Origin: Eledone cirrhosa
Taxonomy: Eukaryota
Reading direction: 5' to 3'
Assembly: GCA_964016885.1 (NCBI GenBank)
Contig: OZ024741.1
Coordinates: 210,490,001 to 210,554,000, forward strand
Length of the DNA: 64,000 nucleotides
The position numbers and the translations under genes were made by a program. The notes beneath the pieces are model-generated. The model was not told the origin of the DNA. It ran no database searches and saw nothing but the letters and a program-made list of their open reading frames with translations. Below, piece after piece: positions 16,560 to 31,060 of this stretch. The number at the start of each line of letters is the position of its first letter. Within the stretch, counting starts at the first letter, position 1.

Positions 16560-19500
16560 ACAGTCACACAGCCACACACAGCCACACACAGCCACACAGC
16601 CACACAGCCACACAACCACACACAGCCACACACAGCAACACAAAGCCACGCACAGTCACACAGCCACACAGCCACACAGCCACACACAGCCACACACAGT
16701 CACACAGCCACACACAGCCACACACAGCCACAGATCCACACAGCCACACACAGTCACACACAACAAAACAGCCACACGGCCACACAGCCACACAGCCACA
16801 CACAGCCACAAAGCCACACAGCCACACACAGCCACACACAGCCACACAGCCACACACAGCCACACACAGCCACACAGCCACACACAGCCACAGAGCCACA
16901 CAGCCACACACAGTCACACACAGCCACACAGCCACACAGCCACACAGCCACACACAGTCACACACAGCCACACAGCCACACAGCCACACAGCCACACACA
17001 GCCACACACAGCCACACAGCCACACACAGCCACACAGCCACACACAGCCACACACCCACACACAGCCACTCAACCACACACAGCCACACAGCCACACACA
17101 GCCACACACAGCCACACACAGCCACACAGCCACACAGCCACACACAGCCACAGAGCCACACACAGACAGAGAGCCACACACAGCCACACAGCCACACACA
17201 GCCGCACAACCAGACAGCCACACACAGTCACACACAGCCACACAGCCACATACCCACACACAGCCACACAGCCACACACAGCCACACAGCCACACACAGC
17301 CACAGAGCCACACAGCCACACACAGTCACACACAGCCACACAGCCACACAGCCACACAGCCACACACAGTCACACACAGCCACACAGCCACACAGCCACA
17401 CAGCCACACACAGCCACACACAGCCACACAGCCACACACAGCCACACAGCCACACACAGCCACACACCCACACACAGCCACTCAACCACACAGTCACACA
17501 CAGCAACACACAGCCACACACAGCCACACAGCCACACAGCCACACACAGCCACAGAGCCACACACAGACAGAGAGCCACACACAGCCACACAGCCACACA
17601 CAGCCGCACAACCAGACAGCCACACACAGTCACACACAGCCACACAGCCACATACCCACACACAGCCACACAGCCACACACAGCCACACAGCCACACAGC
17701 CACAGAGCCACACACAGCCACACACAGCCACACACAGCCACACAACCACACAGCCACACACAGCCACATAGCCATATACATCCACACAGCCACACAGCCA
17801 CACACAGCCACAGAGCCACACACGGCCACACAGCCATACACAGCCACACACAGCCACACACAGCCACACACAGCCACACAGCCACACAACCACACACAGC
17901 CACAGAGCCACACACAGCCACACAGCCACACACAGCCACACAACCACACAGCCACACACAGCCACATAGCCATATACATCCACACAGCCACACAGCCACA
18001 CACAGCCACACAGCCACACACAGCCACACACAGCCACACACAGCCACACACAGCCACACAGCCACATACAGCCACACACAGCCACCTAGCCACACAGCCA
18101 CACAGCCACACACAGCCACACAGCCACAGAGCCACACACACCCACACAGCCACACACAGCCACACACAGCCACACAGCCACACACAGCCACACACAGCCA
18201 CACACAGCCACACAGCCACACACCCACACACAGCGACACACCCACACACAGCCACACAACCACACAGTCACACACAGCCACACACAGCCACACACAGCCA
18301 CACAGCCACACATACACACACAGCCACAGAGCCACACACAGCCACACACAGCCACACACAGCCACACAACCACACACTGCCACACACAGCCACACAGCCA
18401 CACACAGCCACACAACCACACACATCCACACACAGCCACACAGCCACACACACCCACACAGCCACACACAGCCACACAGCCACATACAGCCACACACAGC
18501 CACATAGCCACACAGCCACACAGCCACACACAGCCACACAGCCACAGAGCCACACACACCCACACAGCCACACACAAACACACAGCCACACACAGTCACA
18601 CAGCCACACACAGCCACACACAGCCACACACAGCCACACAGCCACACACAGCCACACAGCCACACACAGCCACACAGCCACACACAGCCACACACAGCCA
18701 CACAGCCACACACAGCCACACAGACACACACAGCCACACACAGCCACACACAGCCACACACAGCCACACAGCCACACTGCCACACACAGCCACACACAGC
18801 TACACACCCACACACCCACACACAGCCACACACCCACACACAGCCACACAACCACACAGCCACACACAGCCACAGAGCCACACACAGCCACACAGCCACA
18901 CACAGCCACACAACCACACAGCCACACACAGCCACATAGCCATATACATCCACACAGCCACACAGCCACACACAGCCACAGAGCCACACACGGCCACACA
19001 GCCATACACAGCCACACACAGCCACACACAGCCACACACAGCCACACAGCCACACAGCCACACACAGCCACAGATCCACACACAGCCGCACAGCCACACA
19101 CAGCCACACAACCACACAGCCACACACAGCCACATAGCCATATACATCCACACAGCCACACAGCCACACACAGCCACAGAGCCACACACGGCCACACAGC
19201 CATACACAGCAACACACAGCCACACACAGCCACACGCAGCCACACAGCCACACAGCCACACAACCACACACAGCCACACACAGCCATATAGCCATATACA
19301 TCCACACAGCCACACAGCCACACACAGCCACACAGCCACACACAGCCACACACAGCCACACACAGCCACACACAGCCACACAGCCACACACAGCCACACA
19401 GCCACACACAGCCACACACAGCCTCACACAGCCACACAGCCACACAGCCACACACAGCCACACAGCCACACACACCCACACAGCCACACAGCCACACACA

Positions 19501-22500
19501 GACACACAGCCACACACAGCCACACAGCCACACACAGCCACACACAGCCACACACAGCCACACAGCCACACAGCCACACACAGCCACACAGCCACACACA
19601 GCCACACACAGCCACACAGCCACACACAGCCACACAGACACACACAGCCACACACAGCCACACACAGCCACACAGCCACAGAGCCACACACAACCACACA
19701 GCCACACACAGCCACACACAGCCACACACAGCCACACAACCACACAGCCACACACAGCCACATAGCCATATACATCCATACAGCCACACAGCCACACACA
19801 GCCACACACGGCCACACAGCCACACACAGCCACACACAGCCACACACAGCCACACACAGCCACACAGCCAGACAGCCACACAGCCACACACAGCCACACA
19901 CAGTCACACAGCCACACACAGCCACACACAGCCACACACAGCCACACACAGTCACACAGCCACACACAGCCACACACAGCCACACACAGCCACACAGCCA
20001 CACACCCACACACAGCCACACACAGCCACACACAGCCACACACAGTCACACAGCCACACACAGCCACACACAGCCACACACAGTCACACAGCCACACACA
20101 GCCACACACAGCCACACAGCCACACAGCCACACAACCACACACAGCCACACACAGCAACACAAAGCCACGCACAGCCACACAGCCACACAGCCACACAGC
20201 CACACACAGCCACAGAGCCACACAGCCACACACAGCCACACACAGTCACACAGCCACACACAGCCACACACAGCCACAGATCCACACAGCCACACACAGT
20301 CACACACAACAAAACAGCCACACAGCCACACAGCCACACAGCCACACACAGCCACAAAGCCACACAGCCACACACAGCCACACACAGCCACACAGCCACA
20401 CACAGCCACACACAGCCACACAGCCACACACAGCCACAGAGCCACACAGCCACACACAGTCACACACAGCCACACAGCCACACAGCCACACAGCCACACA
20501 CAGTCACACACAGCCACACAGCCACACAGCCACACAGCCACACACAGCCACACACAGCCACACAGCCACACACAGCCACACAGCCACACACAGCCACACA
20601 CCCACACACAGCCACTCAACCACACAGTCACACACAGCAACACACAGCCACACACAGCCACACAGCCACACAGCCACACACAGCCACAGAGCCACACACA
20701 GACAGAGAGCCACACACAGCCACACAGCCACACACAGCCGCACAACCAGACAGCCACACACAGTCACACACAGCCACACAGCCACATACCCACACACAGC
20801 CACACAGCCACACACAGCCACACAGCCACACAGCCACAGAGCCACACACAGCCACACACAGCCACACACAGCCACACAACCACACAGCCACACACAGCCA
20901 CATAGCCATATACATCCACACAGCCACACAGCCACACACAGCCACAGAGCCACACACGGCCACACAGCCATACACAGCCACACACAGCCACACACAGCCA
21001 CACACAGCCACACAGCCACACAGCCACACAGCCACACACAGCCACAGAGCCACACACAGCCACACAGCCACACACAGCCACACAACCACGCAGCCAAACA
21101 CAGCCACATAGCCATATACATCCACACAGCCACACAGCCACACACAGCCACACACAGCCACAGAACCACACACGGCCACACAGCCACACACAGCCACATA
21201 GCCATATACATCCACACAACCACACAGCCACACACAGCCACAGAACCACACACGGCCACACAGCCATACACAGCCACACACAGCCACACACAGCCACACA
21301 GCCACACAGCCACACAGCCACACACAGCCACAGAGCCACACCGAGCCACACAGCCACACACAGCCACACAACCACACAGCCACACACAGCCACATAGCCA
21401 TATACATCCACACAGCCACACAGCCACACACAGCCACACAGCCACACACAGCCACACACAGCCACACACAGCCACACACAGCCACACAGCCACATACAGC
21501 CACACACAGCCACCTAGCCACACAGCCACACAGCCACACACAGCCACACAGCCACAGAGCCACAGACACCCACACAGCCACACACAGCCACACACAGCCA
21601 CACAGCCACACACAGCCACACACAGCCACACACAGCCACACAGCCACACACCCACACACAGCGACACACCCACACACAGCCACACAACCACACAGTCACA
21701 CACAGCCACACACAGCCACACACAGCCACACAGCCACACATACACACACAGCCACAGAGCCACACACAGCCACACACAGCCACACACAGCCACACAACCA
21801 CACACTGCCACACACAGCCACACAGCCACACACAGCCACACAACCACACACATCCACACACAGCCACACAGCCACACACACCCACACAGCCACACACAGC
21901 CACACAGCCACATACAGCCACACACAGCCACATAGCCACACAGCCACACAGCCACACACAGCCACACAGCCACAGAGCCACACACACCCACACAGCCACA
22001 CACAAACACACAGCCACACACAGTCACACAGCCACACACAGCCACACACAGCCACACACAGCCACACAGCCACACACAGCCACACAGCCACACACAGCCA
22101 CACAGCCACACACAGCCACACACAGCCACACAGCCACACACAGCCACACAGACACACACAGCCACACACAGCCACACACAGCCACACACAGCCACACAGC
22201 CACACTGCCACACACAGCCACACACAGCTACACACCCACACACCCACACACAGCCACACACCCACACACAGCCACACAACCACACAGCCACACACAGCCA
22301 CAGAGCCACACACAGCCACACAGCCACACACAGCCACACAACCACACAGCCACACACAGCCACATAGCCATATACATCCACACAGCCACACAGCCACACA
22401 CAGCCACAGAGCCACACACGGCCACACAGCCATACACAGCCACACACAGCCACACACAGCCACACACAGCCACACAGCCACACAGCCACACACAGCCACA

Positions 22501-22800
22501 GATCCACACACAGCCGCACAGCCACACACAGCCACACAACCACACAGCCACACACAGCCACATAGCCATATACATCCACACAGCCACACAGCCACACACA
22601 GCCACAGAGCCACATACGGCCACACAGCCATACACAGCAACACACAGCCACACACAGCCACACGCAGCCACACAGCCACACAGCCACACAACCACACACA
22701 GCCACACACAGCCACACAGCCACACACAGCCACACAACCACACAGCCACACACAGCCATATAGCCATATACATCCACACAGCCACACAGCCACACACAGC
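16560..22800. repeat. Imperfect higher-order duplication in satellite A, period ~3.4-3.5 kb
   Basis: ORF-track pairs are 18086/21514 and 18596/22024 (offset 3,428) and 16754/20300 (offset 3,546). Shared rare variants include GACAGAGAGCC, CAGCTACACACCC and GCCATATAGCC. Boundaries are approximate. Confidence 0.8.
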
Positions 22801-23439
22801 CACACAGCCACACACAGCCACACACAGCCACACACAGCCACACACAGCCACAGAGCCACACACAGCCACAGAGCCACACAGCCACACACAGTCACACACA
22901 CCAAAACAGCCACACAGCCACACAGCCACACTCAGCCACAAAGCCACACAGCCACACACAGCCACACACAGCCACACAGCCACACACAGCCACACACAGC
23001 CACACAGCCACACACAGCCACAGAGCCACACAGCAACACACAGCCACACACAGCCACAAAGCCACACAGCCACACACAGTCACACACAGCCACACAGCCA
23101 CACAGCCACACACAGCCACACACAGCCACACAGCCACACACAGCCACACAGCCACACACAGCCACACACAGCCACACACAGCCACACAGCCACACACAGC
23201 CACACAGCCACGCACAGCCACACACAGCCACACACAGCCACACAGCCACACACCCACACACAGCCACACACCCACACACAGCCACACAACCACACAGTCA
23301 AACACAGCCACACACAGCCACACACAGCCACACAGCCACACACAGCCACAGAGCCACACACAGCCACACACAGCCACACACAGCCACACACAGCCACACA
23401 CAGCCACACAGCCACACACAGCCACACAACCATACACAG

Positions 23440-26400
23440 CCACACACAGCCACACAGCCACACACACCCACACAGCCACACAGCCACACACAGACACACA
23501 GCCACACACAGCCACACAGCCACACACAGCCACACACAGCCTCACACAGCCACACAGCCACACAGCCACACACAGCCACACAGCCACACACACCCACACA
23601 GCCACACAGCCACACACAGACACACAGCCACACACAGCCACACAGCCACACACAGCCACACACAGCCACACACAGCCACACAGCCACACAGCCACACACA
23701 GCCACACAGCCACACACAGCCACACACAGCCACACAGCCACACACAGCCACACAGACACACACAGCCACACACAGCCACACACAGCCACACAGCCACAGA
23801 GCCACACACAACCACACAGCCTCACACAGCCACACACAGCCACACACAGCCACACAACCACACAGCCACACACAGCCACATAGCCATATACATCCATACA
23901 GCCACACAGCCACACACAGCCACACACGGCCACACAGCCACACACAGCCACACACAGCCACACACAGCCACACACAGCCACACAGCCAGACAGCCACACA
24001 GCCACACACAGCCACACACAGTCACACAGCCACACACAGCCACACACAGCCACACACAGCCACACACAGTCACACAGCCACACACAGCCACACACAGCCA
24101 CACACAGCCACACACAGTCACACAGCCACACACAGCCACACACAGCCACACACAGTCACACAGCCACACACAGCCACACACAGCCACACAGCCACACAGC
24201 CACACAACCACACACAGCCACACACAGCAACACAAAGCCACGCACAGCCACACAGCCACACAGCCACACAGCCACACACAGCCACAGAGCCACACATCCA
24301 CACACAGCCACACACAGCCACACAGCCACACACAGCCACACACAGCCACACAGCCACACACAGCCACAGAGCCACACAGCCACACACAGTCACACACAGC
24401 CACACACCCACACAGCCACACAGCCACACACAGTCACACACAGCCACACAGCCACACAGCCACACAGCCACACACAGCCACACACAGCCACACAGCCACA
24501 CACAGCCACACAGCCACACACAGCCACACACAGCCACACACAGCCACACAACCACACACAGCCACACAGCCACACACAGCCACACACAGCCACACACAGC
24601 CACACAGCCACACACCCACACACAGCCACACACCCACACACAGCTACTCAACCACACAGTCACACACAGCAACACACAGCCACACACAGCCACACAGCCA
24701 CACAGCCACACACAGCCACAGAGCCACACACAGACACAGAGCCACACACAGCCACACAGCCACACACAGCCGCACAACCAGACTGCCACACACAGTCACA
24801 CACAGCCACACAGCCACATACCCACACACAGCCACACAGCCACACACAGCCACACAGCCACACAGCCACAGAGCCACACACAGCCACACACAGCCATACA
24901 CAGCCACACACAGCCACACACAGCCACACAGCCACACACAGCCACACAACCATACACAGCCACACACAGCCACACACACCCACACAGCCACACAGCCACA
25001 CACAGACACACAGCCACACACAGCCACACAGCCACACACAGCCACACACAGCCTCACACAGCCACACAGCCACACAGCCACACACAGCCACACAGCCACA
25101 CACACCCACACAGCCACACAGCCACACACAGACACACAGCCACACACAGCCACACAGCCACACACAGCCACACACAGCCACACACAGCCACACAGCCACA
25201 CAGCCACACACAGCCACACAGCCACACACAGCCACACACAGCCACACAGCCACACACAGCCACACAGACACACACAGCCACACACAGCCACACACAGCCA
25301 CACAGCCACAGAGCCACACACAACCACACAGCCACACACAGCCACACACAGCCACACACAGCCACACAACCACACAGCCACACACAGCCACATAGCCATA
25401 TACATCCATACAGCCACACAGCCACACACAGCCACACACGGCCACACAGCCACACACAGCCACACACAGCCACACACAGCCACACACAGCCACACAGCCA
25501 GACAGCCACACAGCCACACACAGCCACACACAGTCACACAGCCACACACAGCCACACACAGCCACACACAGCCACACACAGTCACACAGCCACACACAGC
25601 CACACACAGCCACACACAGCCACACACAGTCACACAGCCACACACAGCCACACACAGCCACACACAGTCACACAGCCACACACAGCCACACACAGCCACA
25701 CAGCCACACAGCCACACAACCACACACAGCCACACACAGCAACACAAAGCCACGCACAGCCACACAGCCACACAGCCACACAGCCACACACAGCCACAGA
25801 GCCACACAGCCACACACAGCCACACACAGCCACACAGCCACACACAGCCACACACAGCCACACAGCCACACACAGCCACAGAGCCACACAGCCACACACA
25901 GTCACACACAGCCACACAGCCACACAGCCACACAGCCACACACAGTCACACACAGCCACACAGCCACACAGCCACACAGCCACACACAGCCACACACAGC
26001 CACACAGCCACACACAGCCACACAGCCACACACAGCCACACACAGCCACACACAGCCACACAACCACACACAGCCACACAGCCACACACAGCCACACACA
26101 GCCACACACAGCCACACAGCCACACACCCACACACAGTCACACACCCACACACAGCTACTCAACCACACAGTCACACACAGCAACACACAGCCACACACA
26201 GCCACACAGCCACACAGCCACACACAGCCACAGAGCCACACACAGACACAGAGCCACACACAGCCACACAGCCACACACAGCCGCACAACCAGACTGCCA
26301 CACACAGTCACACACAGCCACACAGCCACATACCCACACACAGCCACACAGCCACACACAGCCACACAGCCACACAGCCACAGAGCCACACACAGCCACA
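23440..26400. repeat. Tandem duplication in satellite A, period 1,512 bp
   Basis: ORF pairs 23542/25054, 24118/25630 and 24156/25668 all sit at offset 1,512. Private variants GCTACTCAACC and CCAGACTGCC occur in both copies. Confidence 0.88.
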
Positions 26401-27841
26401 CACAGCCACACACAGCCACACAACCACACAGCCACACACAGCCACATAGCCATATACATCCACACAGCCACACAGCCACACACAGCCACAGAGCCACACA
26501 CGGCCACACAGCCATACACAGCCACACACAGCCACACACAGCCACACACAGCCACACAGCCACACAGCCACACAGCCACACACAGCCACAGAGCCACACA
26601 CAGCCACACAGCCACACACAGCCACACAACCACGCAGCCAAACACAGCCACATAGCCATATACATCCACACAGCCACACAGCCACACACAGCCACAGAAC
26701 CACACACGGCCACACAGCCATACACAGCCACACGCAGCCACACACAGCCACACACAGCCACACAGCCACACAGCCACACAACCACACACAGCCACAGAGC
26801 CACACCGAGCCACACACCCACACACAGCCACACAACCACACAGCCACACACAGCCACATAGCCATATACATCCACACAGCCACACAGCCACACACAGCCA
26901 CACAGCCACACACAGCCACACACAGCCACACACATCCACACACAGCCACACAGCCACATACAGCCACACACAGCCACATAGCCACACAGCCACACAGCCA
27001 CACACAGCCACACAGCCACAGAGCCACACACACCCACACAGCCAGACACAGCCACACACAGCCACACACAGCCACACAGCCACACACAGCCACACAGCCA
27101 CACACAGCCACACACAGCCACACACAGCCACACAGCCACACACCCACACACAGCGACACACCCACACACAGCCACACAACCACACAGTCACACACAGCCA
27201 CACACAGCCACACACAGCCACACAGCCACACATACACACACAGCCACAGAGCCACACACAGCCACACACAGCCACACACAGCCACACAGCCACACACTGC
27301 CACACACAGCCACACAGCCACACACAGCCACACAACCACACACAGCCACACACAGCCACACAGCCACACACACCCACACAGCCACACACAGCCACACAGC
27401 CACATACAGCCACACACAGCCACATAGCCACACAGCCACACAGCCACACACAGCCACACAGCCACAGAGCCACACACACCCACACAGCCACACACAAACA
27501 CACAGCCACACACAGCCACACAGCCACACACAGCCACACACAGCCACACACAGCCACACAGCCACACACAGCCACACAGACACACATAGCCACACACAGC
27601 CACACACAGCCACACACAGCCACACAGCCACACTGCCACACACAGCCACACACAGCCACACACCCACACACCCACACACAGCCACACACCCACACACAGC
27701 CACACAACCACACAGCCACACACAGCCACAGAGCCACACACAGCCACACAGCCACACACAGCAAACACAACCACACAGCCACACACAGCCACAGAGCCAC
27801 ACACGGCCACACAGCCATACACAGCCACACACAGCCACACA

Positions 27842-30800
27842 CAGTCACACAGCAGCCACACAACAGCCCCACACGTACAACAGCCACACAACATCCACCC
27901 CACATCCACACAACAGCGACACAACAGTCACACAACAGCCACACAACATCCACACAACAGCCACACAACAGTCACACAACAACCACACAACAGTCGCACA
28001 ACAGCTACACAACAGCTACACAACAGTCACACAACAGTCAACCAACAGCCACACAACAGCCACACAACAGCCACACAACAGACACACAACAGTCACACAA
28101 CAGTCACACAACAGTCACACAACAGCCACACAACAGTCACACAACAGCCAATCAACAGCCACACAACATCCTCACAACAGTTACACAACAGCCACAGAAC
28201 AGTCACATAACAGCCACACATAGTCACACAACAGCCACACAACAGCCAAACAAACACAACAGCCACACAACAGCCACACAACAGCCACACAACATTCACA
28301 CAACAGTCACACAGCAACCACACACCAGCAACACACGCACAACATCCACACAACAACCCCACAACATTCACACAACAGCCACACAGCAGCCACACAACAG
28401 TCACACAACAGCCACACAACAGTCACACAACAGTCACATAACAGCCACACAAGAGCCACACACACAAACAGCCACACGACAGTCACATTACAGCCACACA
28501 ACAGCCACACCACAGTAACACACCAGCCACATAACAGCCACACAACAACCACACAACACCCCCACAATAGCCACACAACAGCCACACAACAGTAACACAA
28601 CAGCCACATAAAAACCACACAACAACCACGCAACACCCCCACAATAGCCACACAACAGCCACACAACAGTCACACCACAACCACACAACAGCCACACAAC
28701 ACCACACAGCAGTCACACAACAGTCATACAACAGCCAGCAGACACACACAACATCCACACAACAGCCACACAACAGCCACACAACGGCCACACAACAGTC
28801 ACACCATAGCCACACAACAGCCACACAACAGCCACACAAAAGCCACACAACAGCCACACAACAGCCACACAACAGCAACACATCAGCCACACGACAGCCA
28901 CACAACAGCCACATAACAGCCACAAAACAGTCACACAGCAGCCACACAGCAGCCACACAACAGCCACACAACAGCCACATAACAGCCACACAACAGTCAC
29001 ACAACAGCCACACAACATCCACACAACAGCCACACAACAGCCACACAGCAGTCACACAACAGTCACACAACAGCCAGACAACAGCCACACAACAGCCACA
29101 CAACAGACACACAACAGTCACACAACAGTCACACAACAGCCACACAACACTCACATAACAGCCACACAACAACCACACAAGAGCCATACAACAGTCACAC
29201 AACAGCCACACCATAGCCACACAACAGCCACACAACAGCCACACAACAGCCACACAACAGCCACACAACAGCCACACAAAGCCACACCATAGCCACACAA
29301 CAGTCACACAACAGTCACACAACAGTCACACAACAGCCACACAACAACCACACAACAGCCACACAAAGCCACACCATAGCCACACAACAGTCACACAAGA
29401 GCCATACAACAGTCACACAACAGCCACACCATAGCCACACAACAGCCACACAACAGTCACACAACAGCCACACAAAGCCACACCATAGCCACACAACAGT
29501 CACACAGCAGCCACACAACAGCGACACAACAACAACACAACAGCCATACAACAGTCACACAACAGCCACACCATAGCCACACAACAGCAACACAACAGCG
29601 ACACACACACACAACAGCCACACAACAGCCACACAAAGCCACACAAGAGCCACACAAGAGCCACACAACAGTCACACAACAGCCACACAACAGCCACACG
29701 CACACAACATCCAAACAACAGCCACACAACAGCCACACAACAGCAACATAACAGCCACACAACAGTCACACAGCAGCCACACAACATTCACACAACAGCC
29801 ACACAACACCCACACAACAGCCACACAACAGCCACATAACAGCCACACAACATTCACACAACAGTCACACAACAGTCACACAACAGCCACACACCAGCCA
29901 CACACCAGCCACACAACAGCCACACAACAGTCACACAACAGTCACACAACAACCACACAACAGCTACGAAACAGCCACACCACAGCCACACAACAGCTAC
30001 ACATGTCACACAACAGTCACACAACAGCCACAAAACCGCCACAAAACAGCCACAAAACAGCCACACAACAGTCACACAACAGCCACACAACAACCACACA
30101 ACAGCCACAAAACAGCCACAACACAGCCACACAACAGCCACACAACAGTCACACAACAGTCACACAACAGCCACACAACAGTCACATACACACAACAGCC
30201 ACACAACAGTCACACAACAGTCACACAACAACCACACAACCGTCACACAGCAGCCACACAACATCCACACAACAGTCACACAACAGTCACACAGAAGTCA
30301 CACAACAGTCACACACACACAACAGCCACACAACAGCAACATAACAGCCACACAACAGTCACACAGCAGCCACACAACATCCACACAACAGCCACACAAC
30401 AGCCACAGAACAGCCACATAACAGCCACACAACATTCACTCAACAGTCACACAACAGTCACACACCAGCCACACAACAGCCACACAACATCCACACAGCA
30501 GCCACACAACAGTCACACAACAGTCACACAACAGCCGCACAACAGCCACAAAACAGCCACACCACAGCCACACAACAGTCACACAATATCACACAACAGC
30601 CACACAACAGTCACACACACACAACAGCCACACAACAGCTACACAACAGCCACAGAACAGTTACACAACAGTCACACAACAGTCACACAACAGCCACACA
30701 ACAGCCACACACACACACACCAGCCACACAATAGCCACACAACAGCCACACACCAGTCACACAAGAGCCACACAACAGTCACACAGCATTCACACAACAG

Positions 30801-30890
30801 CCACACACACAACAGCCACACACACAACAGTCACACACAGACACAACAGCCACACAACAGCCAAACACACACACACAACAGTCACACAAC
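27842..30890. repeat. Satellite B: diverged 11-bp repeat CAG(C/T)CACACAA
   Basis: Runs such as CAGCCACACAA CAGTCACACAA are visible (e.g. 28,090-28,150 and 29,225-29,280). Substitution density is visibly higher than in satellite A. Confidence 0.95.
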
Positions 30891-31060
30891 AGCCACACAT
30901 ACATACACAGCCAAACATACATACAGCCACACACACACATACATAGCCACACAACAGCCACACAACAACCACACACATCACAACTACACATATATATATA
31001 CACAGCCACACACACACAATAACCACAGACATCACAACTACACACATATATACACACAGC
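30891..31060. repeat. Degenerate edge of satellite B with (CA)n, (CATA)n and (TA)n microsatellites
   Basis: ACATACATACAC, CACACACACACATACATAGCC and CACATATATATACAC are present. A ~30-bp block CATCACAACTACACA..TATATACAC..AGCC occurs twice (~30,975 and ~31,030). Confidence 0.85.

Larger units (their letters stand above)
1..27841. repeat. Satellite A: irregular tandem array of 8-bp CAGCCACA and 10-bp CAGCCACACA units (minus strand TGTG(TG)GCTG), open at the left window edge
   Basis: GCC(AC)2-3A units are continuous throughout. Recurrent point variants include CAGTCA, CAACCA, CAGAGCC, CACCCA, CAGACA and CATAGCCATATACATCC. Confidence 0.98.

Noticed and set aside
442-31057. Dozens of minus-strand Cys/Val/Trp-rich ORFs (CGCVWLCVAV...) resembling metallothionein or keratin-associated proteins
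   Set aside because: They overlap in all three frames with the same motifs and are direct translations of TGTGGC repeats. Unit lengths of 8, 10 and 11 do not preserve frame, and there is no unique domain.
1-31060. Chi-like motif (GCTGTGG on the minus strand versus GCTGGTGG)
   Set aside because: It is not an exact Chi site, and RecBCD context is irrelevant to an apparently eukaryotic satellite.
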